In this document: positions 59,054 through 64,000 of the stretch, piece by piece
How positions within the stretch are numbered: position 1 is the stretch's first letter
How the letters are laid out: every line of letters begins with the position of its first letter
Source: Candidatus Anderseniibacteriota bacterium
GTDB lineage: Bacteria > Patescibacteriota > Andersenbacteria > UBA10190
Direction of reading: 5' to 3'
NCBI GenBank assembly: GCA_021414205.1
Contig: JAIOOW010000002.1
Location: forward strand, 404,171 to 468,170
Length of the DNA: 64,000 nt
Translations under genes and position numbers: made by a program
The notes under the pieces: model-generated
Database searches by the model: none
What the model saw: the letters and a program-made list of their open reading frames with translations, nothing else
Told to the model about the DNA's origin: nothing

Positions 59054-60562
59054 TTACTTCCCAAACTCCTCTACCACATTCACAAGTGTGCGGACGCCAT
59101 ATCCCGTTGCGCCAAACTGCCAGTACGGAATAAGTGGCATTTCTGCATACACTGGCCCTGCAATATCCATATGCGCCCATGGAACAGCTTCTCCTACTTT
59201 GTTTTTCTCAATAAATTCCTGCAGAAATAACGCGGCCGTAATAGCACCGCCCGTTTTCATCGCGGAGGTATTGCGCACATCCCCAATCATACTTTGCACC
59301 GTCGAGCGATATTCCTCCGGCAATGGAAATTCCACAACCCCTTCGCCTGTCTTCTTTGCAGATTCTTTAATAAGAGTATTCAAGCTCTGCGAGTTTCCAA
59401 ATAGGCCGGCATATGTTTCTCCTAGCGCAACCACACATGCACCAGTAAGTGTTGCTAGGTCAATAATTGCATCCGGCTTCAACGTCTGCGCATACGTAAG
59501 CGCATCTGCGAGAGTAACTCTGCCCTCCGCATCTGTATTTAGCACTTCTATCTTCTTGCCACTCATAGTATCCACCACATCACCCGGACGATACGCATCT
59601 CCAGATGGCATGTTTTCGCACGCTGCAATAATCCCATGAATTGCAATATCTGGCGCAAGGATTGGAAGCAGAGAAAATAATCCCAGCACTGTCGCGCCGC
59701 CTGCCATATCTATTTTCATATTCTCCATGTGAATAGAAGGCTTCAGCGATAATCCGCCGGAATCAAACGTAATACCCTTACCGATAAGTACGAGTGTTTT
59801 TTTAGGTTTTTTCTTCGGCCTATATTTCAAATGAATCACATACGGCTCTTCTTTACTGCCGCGCGCAACTGCAAGAAATCCAAACCATTTTTGCACCTGA
59901 GCCTGTTTGCGATTTAGCACAGTAATCGAAATATTCTTTGATGTTTTTGCGATCTTTTTCGCTTCTTGCACCAATACGTTCGGCGACATATGCGACGCCG
60001 GCTGATTTACCAAGTGACGAGTCAGTTCAACACCTCGCAATATCGAATGCGTTTTTTTAACTTCTTTTTTCGCAAGAGCTGCCTCTTTCTCCCCCGACAC
60101 ATGAATAACTGCTTCTTTTAAAGACCTCATATGCGCATCTTGCGCCATGGCCTTACTATGCTCCGTAAACCAGTAGTTCGTTAACATGAGTGACTCTACT
60201 ATTGGGCTGACATCCGAAACACTTGGAGCAAGAATTGCGATACGAGACACCATATGAACCCGCGCATCCATCAGTACTATTGCAAGCGCCCTGCGAAGGC
60301 CTTCAAAATACTTATCTTCATCATCCGCTTCTTTTCCAATGCCAAGCACTGCAATAAGAGGCGCATTCACGCCCTGAGGCGCTATAAAAAGTTCTGCACG
60401 CCCCCACTCCCCGGTAAATACTGCCTTTTTCATGGATGCCACTATACGAGCACTCACTTCTTTTGAGAAAATCTGCGTAAAATCAAGATTCTTCTGAGCC
60501 GGCACGATAATAATGTCTGCTGTAGCTTCCGCAATTGGTTGATGAGCAATAAGTATATTCAT
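59054..60562 (-). CDS. pepA: Leucyl aminopeptidase (M17)
   Basis: GKGITFDSGG, MKIDMAG, NTDAEGR, ATLTGA, WAHMDIAG. Confidence 0.95.
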   Translation of the reverse strand: MNILIAHQPIAEATADIIIVPAQKNLDFTQIFSKEVSARIVASMKKAVFTGEWGRAELFIAPQGVNAPLIAVLGIGKEADDEDKYFEGLRRALAIVLMDARVHMVSRIAILAPSVSDVSPIVESLMLTNYWFTEHSKAMAQDAHMRSLKEAVIHVSGEKEAALAKKEVKKTHSILRGVELTRHLVNQPASHMSPNVLVQEAKKIAKTSKNISITVLNRKQAQVQKWFGFLAVARGSKEEPYVIHLKYRPKKKPKKTLVLIGKGITFDSGGLSLKPSIHMENMKIDMAGGATVLGLFSLLPILAPDIAIHGIIAACENMPSGDAYRPGDVVDTMSGKKIEVLNTDAEGRVTLADALTYAQTLKPDAIIDLATLTGACVVALGETYAGLFGNSQSLNTLIKESAKKTGEGVVEFPLPEEYRSTVQSMIGDVRNTSAMKTGGAITAALFLQEFIEKNKVGEAVPWAHMDIAGPVYAEMPLIPYWQFGATGYGVRTLVNVVEEFGK

Positions 60563-60588
60563 AGCTCATCAGCATACCTCAAGGCGTA

Positions 60589-61590
60589 TCAGGAAAACAA
60601 ACACTCCTCAATAAAGACCATTCCCGTTACCGGAACAAGCGACAATATATGCTTTCCATGCGGCAACCGCAAAGCAAGAGAATACCCCCGATCATTACGA
60701 ATGTGAACATACGTTCTCCCCCCTTGCTCTACGATATCTCTTCCGCGCATCCGTTCCGGAATCGGCTTGGAGTCTATCAGCACTTCAATACTACAATCCT
60801 CGCTCGATCGAGCAGAAAGCGTTACAGCATTTCCTAAAAAATGCACCACACATGCCTGGTCATCCGTAATTTGCCCATTAGTAATATGATCTTTTTGCAG
60901 AATCCACCAACCCGAAAGACCCCAATGATGTACCGGTAGCTTAAACTGTAAATGATATTGCGCAGGCTCCATCGGAGGAGATAGTGCAATTCCTTGCATG
61001 TGCGCGAACTCGGCATTAAATGCAATCTTCGGCGTTTGTTCATTTTCATTCGTAGCAGGAAACAGCTGCGTTTCCCGCACCTTTGGCAATTGCTCACGAA
61101 TCAATGTTTCGAGCTCATCAAACTTACCTTCGCCATCCTCGTCGTACTGAATAACTCCATGAGCACTTACAAGAATTTTCCGCGGCCAGACTTTGCATCC
61201 ATACCTCCTCCACGTAGTATACGAAGCGTCGTTTACGACAGGAAAATCGAGGTCAAACCTCAACACTGCCCCCTGAACTTTATCTGGATCAGCTGCAAGC
61301 TCAAGTTGAGGTGTATGTATTCCAATAATTAAAAAACCTTTTCCTTCGTACTGCTCCCACAATGCCCGTATCTGCGGAATATCCTGTAGCGAGGCAGGGT
61401 CCGTATAATCCCAAAAATATAACAAGACAACGGTGCCCGTTAAATCGCGCGTAAACTGCAATTCTTTATTCGCAACAACTACATCGCGTAACGATTGCGA
61501 CAGAGAGCTTACATTCATCCATCCGTCACCAGTAATATCAGGAGCCTTTTTATTGCGAAGAGATGTTTGAAACAGTTTCCACATAGTCAC
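60589..61590 (-). CDS. DipZ-like thioredoxin-fold protein lacking CxxC
   Basis: AP.I.G..W.N, VVLL.FW, IIGIHTP, PVVND..Y.TW, WP, GEG, DipZ-type C-terminal domain. Confidence 0.8.
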   Translation of the reverse strand: MTMWKLFQTSLRNKKAPDITGDGWMNVSSLSQSLRDVVVANKELQFTRDLTGTVVLLYFWDYTDPASLQDIPQIRALWEQYEGKGFLIIGIHTPQLELAADPDKVQGAVLRFDLDFPVVNDASYTTWRRYGCKVWPRKILVSAHGVIQYDEDGEGKFDELETLIREQLPKVRETQLFPATNENEQTPKIAFNAEFAHMQGIALSPPMEPAQYHLQFKLPVHHWGLSGWWILQKDHITNGQITDDQACVVHFLGNAVTLSARSSEDCSIEVLIDSKPIPERMRGRDIVEQGGRTYVHIRNDRGYSLALRLPHGKHILSLVPVTGMVFIEECLFS

Positions 61591-62163
61591 TTATAGCTCA
61601 GAATCTACGCCCGATTTGCGCGCCCATAAAGAAAAGCGCAGCCCCTTCTTCACATATTCTAATTCGCACCCCTCCTCTAGCACTATTTTCTCAACGAGCA
61701 TCCTTTTTGCGCGAGAAGGCATAGTAGCAATCGTTCCATCGCTGATACCGAGCAATGCGCCTTTTTTAAGCACGCGCAGCGCTTCTTGCAGCACAAAGGC
61801 AACCTCGCTATCTTCGATATACCCAATGGTATTAATTGCGATTACTACGTCAAACGATTCGCGATCAAACGGAAGACTTCTAATATCCGCCTTCTGGATT
61901 GCCAGCCGCTTGCCATACGTATCCTGCAACTCTGAAAATACCTCTTGCGCAGATTCATCAACCTCTACGCAGGTCAACTCCACATATGGAAATGTTTCAA
62001 GAATTGTCTGCGAAGTCCATCCGTGCCCGGCGCCAAGCTCTAGCACAGCACCTCGAACAGAATCTGGGCAGGTAGACAAAAATTTCGGAACATGACGCTT
62101 AATGTGCATGCGATGAGGCAGCGCATTATTCCACCATTTCCAAAATCCTACCGTACGACTCAT
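61591..62163 (-). CDS. Class I SAM-dependent methyltransferase
   Basis: VLELGAGHG, AD...LPF...SFDVV, EALRVLKKG. Confidence 0.88.
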   Translation of the reverse strand: MSRTVGFWKWWNNALPHRMHIKRHVPKFLSTCPDSVRGAVLELGAGHGWTSQTILETFPYVELTCVEVDESAQEVFSELQDTYGKRLAIQKADIRSLPFDRESFDVVIAINTIGYIEDSEVAFVLQEALRVLKKGALLGISDGTIATMPSRAKRMLVEKIVLEEGCELEYVKKGLRFSLWARKSGVDSEL

Positions 62164-62177
62164 ATGTCTCAAGCATA

Positions 62178-62372
62178 CTACATGTCCTGCTCTTTGCCAC
62201 CGGCAAAAATGACAAGCGACACAAGCACAGATAAAATCCCGACAATAATAGGTACCCATGGCTGCCCGCCTGCAAGATTGCGCAGGCTGTCATATAAGGC
62301 TGGAATCAAGTTGATAAGCCCTCCAATAAGTAGCAATACTGCTGCCCATAGTTGCAAATTTTTACTATTCAT
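62178..62372 (-). CDS. Small 2-TM membrane protein
   Basis: AAGGAGGTG SD before ATG 62372; two hydrophobic helices. Confidence 0.7.
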   Translation of the reverse strand: MNSKNLQLWAAVLLLIGGLINLIPALYDSLRNLAGGQPWVPIIVGILSVLVSLVIFAGGKEQDM

Positions 62373-63420
62373 ACGTAGCACCTCCTTTCAAAGTAAATAT
62401 TTTCTTGGCGATATCCCAATATACATCGTTGTGATTTACAGCCTTCTCCCAATACCAATATTCAACGCCCCACCAATATACTTCCGATAACTGCGTGCGC
62501 TGTGCAAATACTTCCAATTGTAAAAATCGATAAGGAGAGAACGATTGCAATCGCTCCGCAGACGACATCTGATTATACGGCTTTGTCCCCCACGGCTCGC
62601 CCTGCAGCTCTGAGATAATCACGGGTTTATGAAATAGTAATCCAACATAATGCGCTTTTAATCTGTATAGCCAGGAAGGAAACAAATAATCATAGCTGAA
62701 TAATTTTTTCGTCCGATTCGAAAATACTGTTCGATACATAGTTGTTCCGAGCTCATCCCCGTACTGCGCAGCCCCAAGCCAAGAATCAAGCTCTCCGGAA
62801 TCCGTAATTAGGATACTATGATCGCTGTCATGCGCGCGCACCACTCCTTGTTCTTGCGCTAAAAACTTCGTATCCGCTTTCGGGCAAATGCCGAAGAATA
62901 GCAACGGCTCGTTTTCCAACTGCCATCTATCCAGTGCGGGATTGTCTTTGTATCGAGCTATTACAATCGGAAGCATAGTTAATACTCTTTGCTGCTGCTC
63001 TTTCTCTGATAGCCCACTTGCCCAAGAAGGAATGTGACACTCTGGCCAACGAGGAAGCTTGCGCCCAATACTCAAAATGACGTGGGCATTGTGGCGTGCC
63101 GCTTCATTCATTTGATAATCCAAATCGGAAAAATCGTATACATCAGCTGAAGCAGGCTGAATCTCGTCCCAGTACGCAGATAAGCGCAGATGTTTTACTT
63201 GCAAGTCTTGCAAGATAGCATTATAGGTCTGTTTCCAGTCCAGCCCAATACCAGTAGCTTGGGGTGCGGAAAACGTAACACCAACCACTTGATGCACGGG
63301 TAAGAATGACGGGAAGGCGAGAACAAGAACAACAGTAATTATAACCCCGAGCACCGTGCCTGCCCAAATAGCCGCAGTCTGCCAAACAGTTGTTTTTCTT
63401 TTTTTCTTGCCGTTCTTCAT
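62365..63420 (-). CDS. Membrane-anchored glycoside hydrolase (clan GH-A; GH5/GH42-like)
   Basis: RLSAYW..I.P, KLPRWPECH.P.W, WQLENEP (acid/base), ISELQGEPW (nucleophile). Confidence 0.85.
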   Translation of the reverse strand: MKNGKKKRKTTVWQTAAIWAGTVLGVIITVVLVLAFPSFLPVHQVVGVTFSAPQATGIGLDWKQTYNAILQDLQVKHLRLSAYWDEIQPASADVYDFSDLDYQMNEAARHNAHVILSIGRKLPRWPECHIPSWASGLSEKEQQQRVLTMLPIVIARYKDNPALDRWQLENEPLLFFGICPKADTKFLAQEQGVVRAHDSDHSILITDSGELDSWLGAAQYGDELGTTMYRTVFSNRTKKLFSYDYLFPSWLYRLKAHYVGLLFHKPVIISELQGEPWGTKPYNQMSSAERLQSFSPYRFLQLEVFAQRTQLSEVYWWGVEYWYWEKAVNHNDVYWDIAKKIFTLKGGATYE

Positions 63421-64000
63421 ACTAATAATCCTATTCCCCAACTCACCAAACCGATACCAACAATCTTCTGAACAACTGCGCCTCGGCCAATTTCTTCTTG
63501 AAATAATTTGGGGAAAAATAAAGAAACAATAATTGCAAGAACGAGAACGAATACATACTGCACTCCCTGCAACGCATTAACAACGGAAACGCTTCCAAGA
63601 CTAATAGCGTATGTTTGCAGTAAAAATGCTCCGGCAGCGAGCGTTTTATTAAAAATGAATGCAAGCGAAGTAACAATATTACGATGGTGATTGTTTTTGA
63701 CTCTTTTTTTCTTCGGCATCCGTATCCCCGCAAACCCCTTCGTCATAACAACGATACCAGCAAGCGCAATGAGGGCCTCGATAACTCGGGTAACAATAAA
63801 GATACCCAGAAATTGTCCCACAACATGATCGTATACATATTTCGTAACTGCAAAGTATGCGGCGAATAATACGCCCGCAATAATTGGCAACACAAAGTCT
63901 GACCCTTTTTTCGAAACGCCCTTAATCGCCAGCATCATCCCTCCTGCAATCAACAGCGCAATCCCAAACCCCTCCTTAGCTGTAAACTGCTCGCCTAAAA
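63417..64000 (-). CDS. EamA/DMT-family membrane transporter (5' end outside the window)
   Basis: Frame open to the window edge; LGE, YAISLGSVSVVNALQGVQYVF. Confidence 0.8.
   Translation of the reverse strand, partial: LGEQFTAKEGFGIALLIAGGMMLAIKGVSKKGSDFVLPIIAGVLFAAYFAVTKYVYDHVVGQFLGIFIVTRVIEALIALAGIVVMTKGFAGIRMPKKKRVKNNHHRNIVTSLAFIFNKTLAAGAFLLQTYAISLGSVSVVNALQGVQYVFVLVLAIIVSLFFPKLFQEEIGRGAVVQKIVGIGLVSWGIGLLV

Noticed and set aside
1-64000. Alternative genetic code (TGA=Gly, as in Gracilibacteria/Absconditabacteria)
   Set aside because: Long conserved genes are intact under code 11, and TGA serves as the natural stop in several genes, including ATGA overlaps

Overview
A 64 kb stretch of a compact, low-GC bacterial chromosome using the standard genetic code. 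Gene content and style point to a Patescibacteria/CPR organism (inference, not searched): short rpoB, truncated TsaB, MurE+FemABX, CPR-type surface proteins, almost no Shine-Dalgarno sites. Most of it is housekeeping: uvrA/uvrB/uvrC, recA, ruvA, ftsK, rpoBC, rpsF-ssb-rpsR, ychF, trpS, RNase J, secG, murJ, murE, pepA, a Zur-like regulator with znuACB, sugar-phosphate enzymes and tRNA-Leu(CAG). No CRISPR array, integrase or transposase was seen. Best leads: (1) an apparently complete leader-peptide transcription attenuator (31-codon uORF, antiterminator, terminator) at 53470-53711, ahead of an orphan 466-aa enzyme with a possible class-I-synthetase/CDPS-like fold; (2) two kinds of gene expression signals, with core genes leaderless (TANNNT 5-9 nt before ATG) and scattered orphan genes sitting in self-contained promoter/boxA-like/SD/terminator cassettes; (3) several genes, including duplicated RTX-like surface proteins, that resemble Planctomycete proteins, a possible clue to the host; (4) an unannotated 29-aa Arg/Lys-rich peptide resembling bS22/mS38; (5) a structured RNase J leader, a zwf-gnd fusion, a Tat-signal protein, a UvrC lacking its Fe-S cysteines and a DipZ-like protein lacking CxxC. 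All family assignments come from recognising motifs by eye; no searches were run.
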